Shown piece after piece: positions 26,498-39,770 of a stretch of DNA of 64,000 nt. This DNA comes from Hemiscyllium ocellatum (lineage: Eukaryota), in NCBI RefSeq assembly GCF_020745735.1, contig NC_083428.1:43778217-43842216 (forward strand), written 5' to 3'. The notes below the pieces were generated by a model. That model saw nothing but the letters and a program-made list of their open reading frames with translations, did not search any database and was not told where the DNA came from. The position numbers and the translations under genes were made by a program. Every line of letters begins with the position of its first letter. Positions within the stretch are counted from its first letter, which is position 1.

Positions 26498-27971
26498 TTC
26501 AGCACTGCAGTAACTTCCACTGACAGCACCTTCTGACCTTTGGACTGACCTAGAAGAATAAAGGCAGCAGACGCAAGTTCCTCTCCAAGACTTGAAAATT
26601 TATTTCTGTCTTTCACTGGTGCCCAGTCAGAATCCTGGAGCTCTCTTTCTAACAGCACTTTTGTGTCCCAAAAAATGCAATGGTTAAGAAGGCAACTCCT
26701 CATTGCCTTAACCAGGTTAATGAGAGTTAGGCAATAAAAGCAATGCTCATTTCCATGAACGAATTTAAAAGCTTAGGACATATTTGGCCAAAGGCAAAGC
26801 TGCTCATACTGGAGCAATGTAAATAGGTGTGTACGTACCAGAGTTGAAGGTGCACATATATCACAAAGTCATAGAGATGGAGAAGATTAGATTGTTCAAT
26901 TTTAGAGGTTTTGGCTTTTGAATCTTTATCACATTTTTAATGAATTGTGGAACCAGGTTAGTTTTTCCAGATTTCTACTTTACTGAAGAAATATTGCCTT
27001 AATTTTAAGCCTAAGCCTGAAATTTTGGAAAACTCTACAAGCGATGCTGGCCAAATGTAAGAGATCTCAGGTGGGACTTTCTGGATATTACAATCCAGCC
27101 AACAAGCTGGTGAAACCAAGCAGGTCTGGCAGCATCTGTGGAGCGAGAAAAAAGTTAACACTTTGAGAAAGGGGACATCACTGGACTCAATGTTCACTGC
27201 TTTCTCTCCAAAGATGCTGCCAGACCCACTGAGTTTCTCTAGCAACTTCTGGTTTGTGTGTTTTGGATTTCCAACATCCACAGTTCTTTGTTTTATTATC
27301 TGGATAAGTTATTTTCCAATTCCAGACGAGAGAGGGAAACCACATTAATGATGATGATTTACTGTAGAAAGAATTCTGGGGAGGGACCTGAGTAGAAAGA
27401 ATGTTCCACGCACCCCACACAAAGACAGGCATAAGTTGGGTCCATGCAGCTACCCAAAGCCACATCTTTAATCTGAAGAAATTAGGAGGAGTTAAAGGAG
27501 AATTGTTCAAAGTGAGGGTGAGCTGAGGTGGGTAGTGGTGGTTGGTAACCTTCTTTTCAAGGAAGTAGAAAACCCTCAGGTGACCCTGATGGGGACTGGA
27601 TGTGGAGAGGGATTGTATGTTCGCAGTGAAGAGGAGGCCAGCAAAGGAACATTTTGAAACTGATAGTGTCAGAAGAATCTTAGGTGTAAGTGGGGAGAGA
27701 GTGGAGAAGAGAAGAAAAAAATGATGCAAGCTAGGAAGAAATGAGTTCCAGATGTAAGAAGAAACTAACTTGATGTTTGGTGGACTTCATGGTCAAGGGG
27801 TGCGGGAAGGAGCTGGCATTCAGTCTCTGCTTGGTAGAGGTCAGTACACCAGAATGAATGTTGGCAAATTAATAATCTGCTGCACAACAATAACAGGTTT
27901 TACAACATATTCATTGTTTTAAAAAGCTTTTTGTTTTGGGAACGTCAAAATATCCAAATTAATTTTTTTAG

Positions 27972-28102
27972 GAAGATAATCGAAAAACGACAAAACAAGT
28001 CCAAGAGCTTGAATCACTGGAAAATCAGCGGAAACGTTTGCAGAAACACTTGAACGATGAATTAGATGAAGCAATTGGACAGTTGAAAATTGCTAAATAT
28101 CG
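27972..28102 (+). CDS. NDC80: NDC80-family exon
   Basis: tag|GAA...CG|gtacgt; 131 bp; EDNRKTTKQVQELESLENQRKRLQKHLNDELDEAIGQLKIAKY (ELESLE motif). Confidence 0.9.
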
Positions 28103-28897
28103 GTACGTAGCAGTAAAATCTAATTGGGGTCCTTTCTGTATTGCTTTTAGATTGTAGTCATGAATAACTTTAACTTCAGCACATCACACCATAAAAGTAA
28201 AATTTCACAAAAACGATCAACACTGCTTAAGCTGATTTTAATTCAATTAGATGTTGATCCTATTATTTCATAAGCCTCAATTTTGTTAATCAATCTAATA
28301 TGTAATGCCTTTATCAAATGTTTTCTTATAATCTGTACGTTCATGGGGCCCCCTTGTGGTGCAGTGGTGTGCCTACTCTGGACCAGGAGGCCTGGGTTCC
28401 CACCTGCTCCAGTGATCTAATAATATCTCACAAAAATTGGTTCAATAATTTTTAAAAACCACATTCACTGCATTCCCTTTGTTTATCTTCTGTGTTGCTA
28501 CTTCAAAGAATTGAGTTAAATAAGACACATTTTCTTTTACCAAACTGCCTTCTGTCTTTAATGAGGCTAAAATCTCTCCAAATATCTGTTAACCACCCCT
28601 GCTCTCCCCAACTGAGGTTGAATTGGATTGCTGAAAGATATGTAGGTGAAAACAAGTGTCCCCGAATAAGCAGGTTGGTTAAATGGAATTATGAATAGCT
28701 CGTTCAGAGACAACATGTGTGAGGAATCAGAAATTCCTTGGTGTAATTGTTTTTTAAATGCCATGTAAAAATCCTATATCTGTATGAGGAAAAGAGTTCT
28801 TTGTCTTTTGTTTTACTGCCACATCTGAAGCATACGTTTACTTCAATTTATCGATACTTTTAGAAGAGTTGTTGTTCTTGGACAATTATTTCCTCAG

Positions 28898-29000
28898 ATT
28901 TGATGAAGTGGAGCAGAAGACGACAGAATCTAAAAGAAAAATAACAAACAAGTTACAGTTGTGCTTGGACACAATGACCCAGCATGTCACCAGCCTAGAG
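28898..29000 (+). CDS. NDC80: NDC80-family exon
   Basis: cag|A...GAG|gtaggg; 103 bp; FDEVEQKTTESKRKITNKLQLCLDTMTQHVTSLE. Confidence 0.9.
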
Positions 29001-29833
29001 GTAGGGATCTTTAACCTTCAGTTTTATATGATAAGGAAGGATGTATATATTGAGGAATTGTTCATTTGAACCTTTCAGGAATGTATGTTTAGATCATAGG
29101 TTACAGAATCAGAATTAGGCCATTCAGTCTATCGAGTCTGCTGCGCCATCTGATAATGGCTGATGTGTTTCTCAACCCCAGCCTCCTGCCTTCTCCCTGT
29201 AACCACTTGACATAAACCTGATTCCTTTTTAAAAAAGAATACACATTTTACTTTCAATTTAGTATAGTCAAAAGAAACATGTAGCCAATATTAATCAAAA
29301 TTCAACAATACTGTGAATAATACCCGGCTGCAGTTCATGGAAGATAAATGCCATGCTCAAGGCACTCCAGAAACCGGATTTGTGAGACTTGTTCATTGAT
29401 GAGCTTTCTGGGACCTGCACTACAGTGTGTTCAGCAAATCTTTTTTTAAAACCAAGTATTCACAGGCCAAAAAATTTATGTGTTCTATCAACCCCTGTAC
29501 AGCTTCTTTAACTGGTCCTGCACTAAGCTTCAACTTTGGGCCCATTTTCCCCTTAATGCTTATAATTTCCCTTACTGCATACAAATTGTTTTGGGGTCTC
29601 ATGGCAAGGCATAGGTGGGCTGTGGTTAATACCACCCTGTTAGAAATTGAAGAGGAGAGTAAACTTGATTCATTTTATTTGGTTCCTGCATATCCCCTCT
29701 CTGTTGCAGAGATATTAAGATTTTCATTATTATATTCCACACATTATTCACCTGTGATAAGATACTGAATTACATTTGATTTCTCTTGGTGATGAGTTTG
29801 GACTGGACTGAAGTGATTTTCTTTCTTTGTTAG

Positions 29834-29956
29834 AACTACCTTGTGGATTATCAAAAAGGTGCTACGAGAGACTGTGAGGAATCCTTGAAGGACGACTTCT
29901 TAAAAGATCTGAAGTCTATAACCGAATCATGCAAAGAGATGGCCAGCTCTCTCTGA
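29834..29956 (+). CDS. NDC80: NDC80-family terminal coding exon
   Basis: tag|AAC...CTC TGA; NYLVDYQKGATRDCEESLKDDFLKDLKSITESCKEMASSL*; frame stays open across all 11 exons. Confidence 0.88.
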   Translation, partial: NYLVDYQKGATRDCEESLKDDFLKDLKSITESCKEMASSL

Positions 29957-32699
29957 GCTGTAGGCAACAGGATGCATGATATGTCTTGTTTCTATATGTA
30001 CAGTTTGTATTAAGGAAAGGACACCAATGCAGGAATATATTGTCTTCCAACTGATATTTTTTTGAGACTGTGAGATGCTTGGCCTTAACAAAACCTCTTG
30101 CAGGCAGAATGTCCATTCTGGATTTGTAATACTGTCAGAGCAAAAGTATTTTCAAATATAGTGTCCAATATATCCTCATGGAGGAATTTTAGAGCCTAGA
30201 CTTGGTTTTTCGGAATTCCCTTCCAGCTAGCTTTGACCAATGAAGGTGATTGATCTAGAATAATAGATACTTCATGTAAATTGCATATTAATAAGTCTTC
30301 AGTCAATGTTCCAGTCTTGAGTATCAAGATATGATGTAATTCTTAAATTCTCTCTTAATTAAAACACTGCTTAAGTCATATGTTAACTAACAGCCTCCAA
30401 TCCAGGATCTTTGGTTCAGGCTTTTTTTTTATATATAAAGTGAGACTGGGGTGGGGAGGTGTTGGGTATTTGTGCTGGCCCAAGTCTCTGGAGGGAACAA
30501 ATTGACCTGATTGCTGTCTGTAATCTCCAAACTTCAATGAGGATAATATATGCTTAAATTAATTATAGGTCTATTGGCAGTTGCCATGCAGAATTAAAGT
30601 ACAACCTCAGGGCGGGGGGAGAATGGTCACTAGCTACTTCATCAAAAGGAGAGGGCAGGTAATTTGCAGGAAAACAGAGGGAGGAATTGGTCTTTGGTTT
30701 GGTAGCAGCCTGCTCATATGGCCATTACATCTTCAGATTCTTTCAGTTTGCAGTTCACATCTCTAGAGAAGACCTGAATTCTCTGCAGCATTAAGTTTCT
30801 GGAGCATCATATTGTTCCCTAAATATATTCAAGGTTTTGTTTTACCAGCCTCGGGAGTCTATTCCATGAAATGCAGAAACTCTATACTTACCTTGTATTA
30901 AACAGAATCCCACTGCTAGTCTTCAGCTTAAAGTAATTTTTCAAGTGTAATCTGTTGAGCTTTAATATTCTTAGGTATTTTAGTAAAATGATTATCTCAA
31001 TGTGTATGTTTTGATGATGTAAATTAGTTCTTAGGTTATCTAATAAATAGTGTAAACACCTGCAATGTTGCCTGAATAGAGGACTATCGTTGGTCAAACT
31101 GGCCACAATCAAAAGAATTCCTGATCAGTAGAAGAACGCAACCCATCCAGTAATCAGTTGTCAGGACGTTGCTGATATGATAACAACAAACAGCATGGAG
31201 ATTGGCAGCAGTCTTGAAGAATGAGACTGCAAGAATGAGATCACTGAGAGGAATAGCAAAGGACTTGCAGGGTTACAGTGGAAAAAAAGGGAAATGGCAT
31301 TGAGTGAATTGTTCAATCAGAGAGCTAGCACACAAACTCTTGTGTAATATACTGTATTTGGATTTTCAGAAGGTGTACAGTAAGGTACCACACCGTAGAT
31401 TCTCCAACACCACGAGCATTTCAGCCTTTGTAGAGAGGACTGGCTAAAAATATAAGACAGAATTCCAAAAAGGAGGCATTTACAGGATGGGAATTCCACA
31501 AGTAGTGGAATGCCACAGAGAATTAGTACTGCGACTACCATTACTTATATGTAAATTGATTAGAAAAGTGAATATATTATAGCCAGGCTTGCTGGGAAAA
31601 CAGAATTAGTTGAGAAGGCAAATGAGGATGACAAAAGAGGGCTACAGACAAATAAAGCAAGTGGGCAAAATTTCTGTTGATGGAATATAGTGTGGAAAAT
31701 TGAGAGGTTGTGTACTTTGGCCGGAAGAACAGAGGAGCTAAATATTTTGTAAGTGGAGAGAAGTGACAGAAAGTTACAACACAGGAATTTGGAAGTCCTC
31801 ATGCATAAATCACAATCATGTATCCAAATTCTGCAGTTAGCAGGAAAGACAAATGCAATGCCAGCCTTTACTTTGAAAAGAATGAGATAAAAGAAAAGGG
31901 AGGTTTTGCTAAAACTACAGAAGATATTAGTGAGACCATAGCTTGAATACTATTAAGTTTTGGGCCCATAATCTAAGGAGAGAAAATTCACAAGACATTA
32001 AAGGACTGTGTTATGGGGAGAAGTTGAGTAGGATTAGAATTTAGAAGAGTCAGGGGTGTTTCTATTGATAAAATTCAAATTCTTCAGGGCTTGACAGGGT
32101 ACATGTATGAAAGTTGTTTCTCCTTGTGGGAGAGTCCAGGTGCAGAGGGCATTATCTCAGAATTAAAGGGTTGCCCATTTAAAACTGAGAAGAAATTCCT
32201 TCTTATTTGAGAATAGAGAATCTGAAATTCTTTACTGCAGAGGACAGTCTGCATCAAAGGTAGGTCTGAGTGGCATAAGGGTGTAGCATTGAATGAAGCC
32301 TTTGGGTAAAATTAACATTCCACCATAATATCCTAACTCCATTAGACTCTGATTTCACTGTTGCTTGAGCTGACACTTTAATAATGCACCAAGTGGATCA
32401 GGGAGCTATTGGACAGCAGGGCTCTGACATTTGTGAGGTGGGATACAGGGTTTCAGAAACTTAAATAAACAAACTTGATAGAATCTGATAAGTCACCAGC
32501 AGTGGCAGATCCTCCTTGCAGTTCAGCTCCTATACATTGAAGAGCTGGGACCTGGAAGATAGATAATCTTGATGTTAATGAGCCTATATTCACACCAGTC
32601 TATCGTTGATGATGAACGCTAGTAATTCCACAACTATTAGCAAAGGTGTTGTTTATCAACTGAATAAGAAGACACCTTGCCTGTCAATATTTTTATGTA

Positions 32700-33350
32700 G
32701 GTAGAGTTTCTGGTAGATAGGATAGTGAAGAAGGTGTTTGGTATTCTTTCCTTTATTGGTCAGAGTATTGCGTACAGGAGTTAGGAGGTCATTTTGTGGT
32801 TGTACAGGATGTTGGTTAGGCCACTTTTGGAATATTGCATACAATTCTGGTCTCCTTCCTATTGAAAAGAAGTTGTGAAACTTGAAAGACTTCAGAAAAG
32901 ATGTACAAGGATATTGCCAGGGTTGGAGGATTTGAGCTACAGGAAAGGGTTGAATAGGCTGGGGCTGTTTTCTCTGGAGCGTCAGAGGTTGAGAGGTGAC
33001 CTAATAGAGGTTTATAAAATCATGAAGAGCATGGATATGATAAATAGACAATGTTTTTCCCTGGAGAGGGGCAGTCCAGAACTAGAGAGCATAGATTTAG
33101 GGTGAGTGGGGAAAGATATGAGACCTAAGGGGCAACTTTTTCTCTCAGAGCGTGGTGCGTGTATGGAACGAGCTGTCAGAGAAAGTGGTGGAGGCTGGTA
33201 CAATTGTAACATTTAAAAGGCATTGGATAGGAATAGGAAGGGTTGGAGGGATATCAGCTGGATGCTGGCAAATGGGACTGGATTGGATTGGGATATCTGG
33301 TCGAGTTGGACCAAAGGGTCCGTTTCCATGATGTACATCTCTATGACTCC
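32700..33350 (+). mobile_element. CR1 LINE 3' fragment
   Basis: RLGLFSLERQRLRGDLIEVYK; tail CTCTATGACT. Confidence 0.88.
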
Positions 33351-35044
33351 AACCAATTTATTCAGATATATCATGAAACTTAAACCTGGGCCTCCTTGTA
33401 TCACTGCACCTTACAAACTAACATTCTTTATATACAATAGAGTACCAGGATTTAGACAAACTTTGTGATATCCCCTTTCAATGTTTATTAACATTTTCTT
33501 CATTCCTACTTTCTAAGACAGAGCTTTAGACAATTTTTTGAACCCTCTTTGAAAATCCCTGTTAATACTGAATAAGCTAATAAAGGGACCATTTGCTGTC
33601 TACTTCTAATAGAATGGCTACAATTCAGGAGGAGGCATCCAACCCAGAATCTGTGCTGGCTCGCTCCAAGAGCAATTCAATTAATAGAGTGTGTGTTGCT
33701 AGAAAACCACAGTAGGTCAGGTAGCATCTGAGGAGCAGGAAAATTGACATTTTGAGCATAAGCCCTTCATCAGGAAACCTGTACACCTTTCAAGTGAGGA
33801 GACCAAATTGGTACACACTTCAGGTTGGTCTCACCAAAGCCCTAAATAGCTGCAGTTTTATATTCCAATTTCCTTGCAATAAATGACAATGTTCCTTTTG
33901 CCTCATTAATCACTTGCAATACCCGTACACCATGGTTTTGTGATTCATGTACCAAGACACCCACTTTCCCCTGTATATCAGAGCTCTGCAATCTGTCTTC
34001 ATTTAAAAAGTATGCTGCTTTTCTATTCTTCCTGCCAAGGTGGACAAGTTCATATTTTTCAATATTGTAGTCCACCTGCTAAATTTTTGCCCACTAACTT
34101 AACCTAATTACTTTTGCATACTCTCTATTTCTTTTGTGAATTTGGTACAATTGAGTTTCACATTAAGAGTCCGATTGTGTGATAACATTATAATGATGTT
34201 ATCGGCCATTTTGGACAGGACCTAGGTAACACCTCCTTAATAAAGCTCCTGCTGCTTAAAATTTTGGCCTCCTGATCCTTTTTTGAAATGTAAGAAAAAG
34301 AAAATTGGTGTTGAGGACATAAACTGCTTCTCGATGACTCCACTGACTCGATTTTAAAAAATGTGGCCTTCACTATAGATTTCCGAGGAATTTCGATAAA
34401 AAGCAACCAGAAGATATCAGTGGTGCATCAAGGTAAGTACAGTCAGCAAAGAAAAAACATCATCCCAGGGAAGAGCTGAATAGAGCAGAAGTTCACCACA
34501 TATTCCACCCTGAAGGAACACTAAGGACTACCCTACATGGAGAGAAATATTTTGAGCTTGGGTTGTAGTCTCAAAAAAGAACAGGAAACCTCAGGAATAC
34601 TTTGCTTCTCACAGATAATACCAAGAGTCTTGTGGTATATTGATACATGGGTCCTTCCCATTTACAAAAACAGGTGGTAAGTTTGGTGCCCTGAGACACA
34701 AAAATACCCATAACTGCAACAGTAGAGGTCTCACCTGATTTCCCAAAGCCTGTCCACTATCCACCAGCCTTTACAAAAAAAACTTCATTCATTCATTCAC
34801 AGGAGTTTGGTGTTGCTGGCAAGGCCAGCATTCCATTGCCCCTCCCTAAATGCCTAGAGGACACATGTGTGAACCACATTAGAGATTTTGGAGTCACATG
34901 GAGGCCAGACCAGGTAAGGACAGCCAATTTTCTTCCTAAGAAGGCATTAGTGAACCAGATAAACTTTCTTCCCAGCAATGGATTCATGGTCATCATTAAA
35001 CTCTTAATTCCAGATGCTCAGTGAATTCAAATTTCATCATCTTG

Positions 35045-35640
35045 TATCCTAGTAACACACAAACCCACCAACACTCTCAAACAAAAACTAACAAACTTTA
35101 AAGACCCAGTACAACCCATGGACAAAACCAACGTCATCTATAAAATTCCATGCAAGGACTGCCACAAACACTACGTAGGACAAACAGGAAGAAAGTTAGC
35201 CACCAGGATACATGAATACCAGCTAGCCACAAAAAGACACGGCCCTCTCTCCCTCGTAGCCCTACACATGGATGAAAAAAACACCATATTGACTGGGACA
35301 ACACATCGATCCTGGGACAGGCTAAGCAAAGACATGCCAGAGAGTTCGTAGAGGCCTGGCACTCCAACCACAATGCTATAAACAAACACATAGATCTAGA
35401 TGCCATCTATCAACCCCTCAGAAAACGAACAGGAAATGACATCACCACAAACCCCAGGAACCCCATCCAGGAGAAAGATATAAATAGAAAGCAGGAGGCA
35501 ATAGCTTCGCTTCACTTGGAGGTCGCCACTGATGATGTTACCTAGCCAGGTAATGGAACGTCTGGATATCAAACCTACAACTCGGTGAGCAAAACTACAC
35601 CCTAAACCTCAACCTGAGCTACAAACCTTGCGAAAACCCT
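35045..35640 (+). mobile_element. Penelope-like element 3' fragment (GIY-YIG plus tail with mutated hammerhead)
   Basis: MDKTNVIYKIPCKDCHKHYVGQTGRKLATRIHEYQ; CCA-CTGATGA...GGAA-CGTC-TGG at 35526-35565. Confidence 0.88.
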
Positions 35641-35904
35641 AAAAACATTTAAGGAGTATTTCGATGTGCACTTTTGATTGCAAAGATGTGGGCCAAGTGC
35701 TAAAAAATGGGATTAAAAAAGTTAGTTAGTTTTGATTGGTCAGATGCAATGGGCCAAAGGACCTTTTTCTGTGCTGTAGATCTCTATGACTATAAGCTAA
35801 CAAAATCATAGCAGATCTCGCCATCCCTGTGTTATTTATCCTCACAAGTATTGTGAGAGGAGAAACATGTAACCTTCGGAGGAATACAACAAAGAACTAG
35901 AGAT

Positions 35905-36885
35905 AGAGTCACAGAATCATAGAGATGTACAGCACAGTAACGGACCTTTCAGTCCAACTTGTCCATGCCGACCAGGTATCCCAACCCAATCTAGTCCTAC
36001 CTACCAGCACCCAGCCCATATCCCTCCAAACCCTTCCTATTCATATACCCATCCAGGTGCCTTTTAAATGTTGCAGTTGTACCAGTCTCCACCACTTGCT
36101 CTGACAACTCATTCCACATGCACACCACCCTCTGCATGAAAATGTTGCCCCATAGATCTCTGTTATATCCTCCCCCTCTCACCCAAAACCTGTACCCTCT
36201 AGTTCTGGACTCCCTCACCTCAAGGAAAAGACTTTGTCTATTTATCCTATCCATGTCCTCAAGATTTTATAAACCTCTATAAATGTCACCTCTCAGCCTC
36301 CAACACTCCAGGGAAAACAGGCCCAGCCTATTCAACCTCTCCCTATAGCTCAAACCCTCCAATGTTGGCAACATCCTTGTAAGTTTTTTCTGAACGCTTT
36401 CAAGTTTCACATCTTTCCGATAGGAGACCAGAATTACACACAATATTCCAACAGTGACCTAACCAATGTGCTGTACAGCCGCAACATGACCTCCCATCTC
36501 CTGTACTCAATACTCTGACCAATAAAGGAAAGTATACCAAACGCCTTCTTCACTATCCTATCTACTTGCAACTCCACTTTCAACGCGCTTTGAACCCGCA
36601 CTCCAAGGTCTCTTTATTCAGCAACACTCCCTCAGACCTTACCATTAAGTGCATAAGTCCTGTTAAGATTTGCTTTCCCAAAATGCAGCACCTCGCATTT
36701 ATCTGAATTAAACTCCATCTGCCACTTCTCAGCCCATTGGCCCATCTGATCAAGATCCCATTGTAATCTGAGGTAATGTTCTTCGCTGTCCACTACACCT
36801 CCAATTTTGGTGTCATCTGCAAACTTATTAACTATACCTCTTATGCTTACATCCAAATAATTTATATAAATGACAAAAAGTAGGT
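35905..36885 (-). mobile_element. CR1 LINE 3' fragment
   Basis: NKFADDTKIGGVVDSEE, KWQMEFNSDKCEVLHFGK. Confidence 0.9.
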
Positions 36886-37330
36886 GTTGGAGATCTAAAA
36901 CACATAAATGCATAAAGTGCTCAGAAATTCAGCAGATCTTACAGTATCAGTGAAGATAGAAACAGTTAATTATTTGAGTTGCTGCCAGACCTGCTCAGTC
37001 TCTCCAGCAATTTTTGTTTTTGCTACGAACCTCCTGAGGAGTTCTGCTATAGCCAGAGAAGCCAGGTTCCAAAATGTATGAAGAAACGGTAGGAGTTCAA
37101 CAGAATCATTGATCAGCAGAATTAATCGGTGATTTCTGAAAGGTCCACAAACTTAAACAACGTAATGAAGACTCTAACTCCTAATTTATACCAATTTTAA
37201 AGAAATCAACAGATTTTGCAAATTCCAAGACAACTTAAATGTTGCTACCAGAAACAGACTGGTAAGTGTTTTAAGATGTGAAACAATCCAGAAGAGATTA
37301 CTGACAGAAAGGCACCTAGACTTAAAAGCA

Positions 37331-37458
37331 CTGGAACTAGCATCTCACTTGAGCTAGCATCTCACTTGAGCTAGCATCTCAATGGAACTAGGATCTCAAT
37401 GGACCTAGCATCTCACTGGCACTTGGATCTCAATGGAACTAGCATCTCAATGGAACTA
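37331..37458. repeat. 17-bp minisatellite, about 7.5 copies
   Basis: Units such as ATGGAACTAGCATCTCA and CTTGAGCTAGCATCTCA in tandem. Confidence 0.9.
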
Positions 37459-37619
37459 AGCCCCAGCATAGGGGTTCACAAAATGGTGGCTGAGATAAGT
37501 ACCAATGCAGATTCAAATTGCCATCAGTGTGGGAAAAAAGCAGTTCATGCAGCAGTTATTTATCCTATCTATGTCCTCAAGATTTTATAAACCTCCATAA
37601 AGGTACTGGTATAAAGAAT

Positions 37620-37905
37620 CACAGTGACAGGGACTCGGGTTTGATTCCAGCCTTGAGCTGTGTACAGTTTGCACATTCTCCCCCATGTCTGCATGGGTTT
37701 CCTCCGGGTGCTCTGGTTTTGTCCCACAGTCCAAAGATGTGCAGGTTAGGTGAATTGGCCATGCTAAACTGCCCATAGTGTCCAGGGATGTGTAGTTAGA
37801 TGAATTAACCATGGAAAATACAGGGTTACAGGGATGGAATGAGTCTGGATGGGATACTCTACAGGGAGCCAGTGTGGACTTGTTGGGCCAAATGGCCTGT
37901 TTCCA
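37620..37905 (+). mobile_element. HE1-type V-SINE
   Basis: V-domain and tail similarity to the other copies. Confidence 0.8.
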
Positions 37906-39444
37906 ACAAGAATTCACAACTCTTAGCATTGGTTTATTTGATTTATTTTGGTAAGCGTTCAGGGTCAGGAGCATGTGACTATGAGTGAGGCAGGTAAGGC
38001 TACCCAGAGGGGAACAGCATAAGACCCTCAGCCTTAGTATTTGTTCAACAGGTTTGAGGTTGTTTCAGCTTCTCTGGATGACAGTGAGGGTTCCAACAGC
38101 GATAGGTAACTGATGGTAGTAACATGGTACAGGATGCCACTCAGAAAAAGGGTAAGAAAAAATATAATAGTAGTAGGGACAGGTGGTATAATGTGGGGTG
38201 GAGAAGGGAAGGGGTGTGACTGACATGAGAGGGATGTTTTCCACAGCAAAAAAAAATCCATCCAGATGGCTGTGTTACTGCCCATTACCAGGGTTCAGGA
38301 CATCAACTTAGACCAGACAGGAATTTGAAGTGGGAAGGGAAAAATCATGGTCCACTAGGTATCTTCAGCGGAAGCAGAACAAAAGCATAGTTAAGACATC
38401 GACATCAAGAAGTAGTACATAAATAATCTCCACATGATCACCGGAGCTACATGTAAATTGGTACACAGCATTAGAGAGACAAATACCCAGCTAAAAGATA
38501 GGTGTGGGAGACGTGAGGCGTGGGGCACTGGCACCTCTGTTGGGGAAAGTGCAATCTGCACTGATGACTTGGTCTCCAGTTGAATCATGCTGGGCCTGGT
38601 GTTCTTGCCAATTACATAACTGGGAAAGTAGAGAAGATTTTAACCTGAGTAGTGGGGCAAGGATTTAACTTTGGGGAAATGTGGTGAATCAAATACAGTC
38701 AAGGCCATAGAGAAAGGTATTAATATGAAAAATAATAAACAAACTATGAGAAGAAAGAATAGAGTATGAATTTTGACCAACAGATAAAATTAGAATTTAC
38801 ATAAACAGTACAAGGTCAAAACTAAAAGCCTTGTATCTGAATAAACATTGTATTTGAAACAAAATGGATGAATAGAGTAAAAATAACAATAAGTATGATC
38901 TGGCAGCCAAGATATAGACACTGCTGTGAGATGACATGAATTGGAACAAGAATCTTGACAATTAAGAATGACAGGTTGGGGGAAAAAAAATGGAGGGGCG
39001 AGTCTATGAGTTAATGATGGTTAGTACAATACAGAAGAAAAAGGTTTGGGGAGAAATGATAAAGGCAAGAAGTCACTTGTGAAATCAGCATACAGGACCC
39101 TAACAGTAACCATATGGTATGGTGGGGCATAAAGAAAGTAAAAGTGAGAATTTGTCAGAAAGGCATAGCAATAATTACAGGAGATTTTACTGTACATATC
39201 AACAAGAAAAGTCAGAAGAGCAAAGGTAGCATGGATAGGTTCACACAGTATTTGCAGATTGCTTCTTAGAACACTATGTTCTGGAGCCAGTACTGGACAT
39301 GGCATTGTATGGCGAGATAGAATTAATTCACAATTTCATCATAAAGTTATCCCTCGGTAGCAGAGATCATAAAATGATTAAATTTTACATTGTTTGTGGG
39401 AGAGAAAAGTGGGTATGAGACTTTTTAGAAATTTAAATAAGAGA

Positions 39445-39770
39445 GGCACAGTGACTCAGTGGTTAGCACTGCTGCCTCATAGCGCCAGCCCTGGGTTCAA
39501 TGTGGAGTTTGTACATTGTCCCCATGTCTGCACGGGTTTCCTCCGGCTGCTCCGGTTTCCTCCCACAGTCCAAAGATGTGCAGGTTAGGTGTATTGGCCA
39601 TACTAAATTGCCCATTATGTCCAGAGATGTGTAGGCTAGATGGATTAGCCATACTATATATAGGGTTACAGAATTAAGGTAAGGGTAGGGTCTGGGTGGG
39701 ATGCTCCTCAGAGGAGTTGGTGTGAACTTGATGGCCTATTTTTGCATTGCAGAGATTGTATGATTCTATG
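39445..39770 (+). mobile_element. HE1-type V-SINE
   Basis: Head, V-domain and tail. Confidence 0.85.

Noticed and set aside
34310-34440. Open frame ending in the strong donor CAAG|GTAAGT (similar donor near 37261)
   Set aside because: No clear acceptor or start and no recognisable protein; cannot be supported without RNA data.
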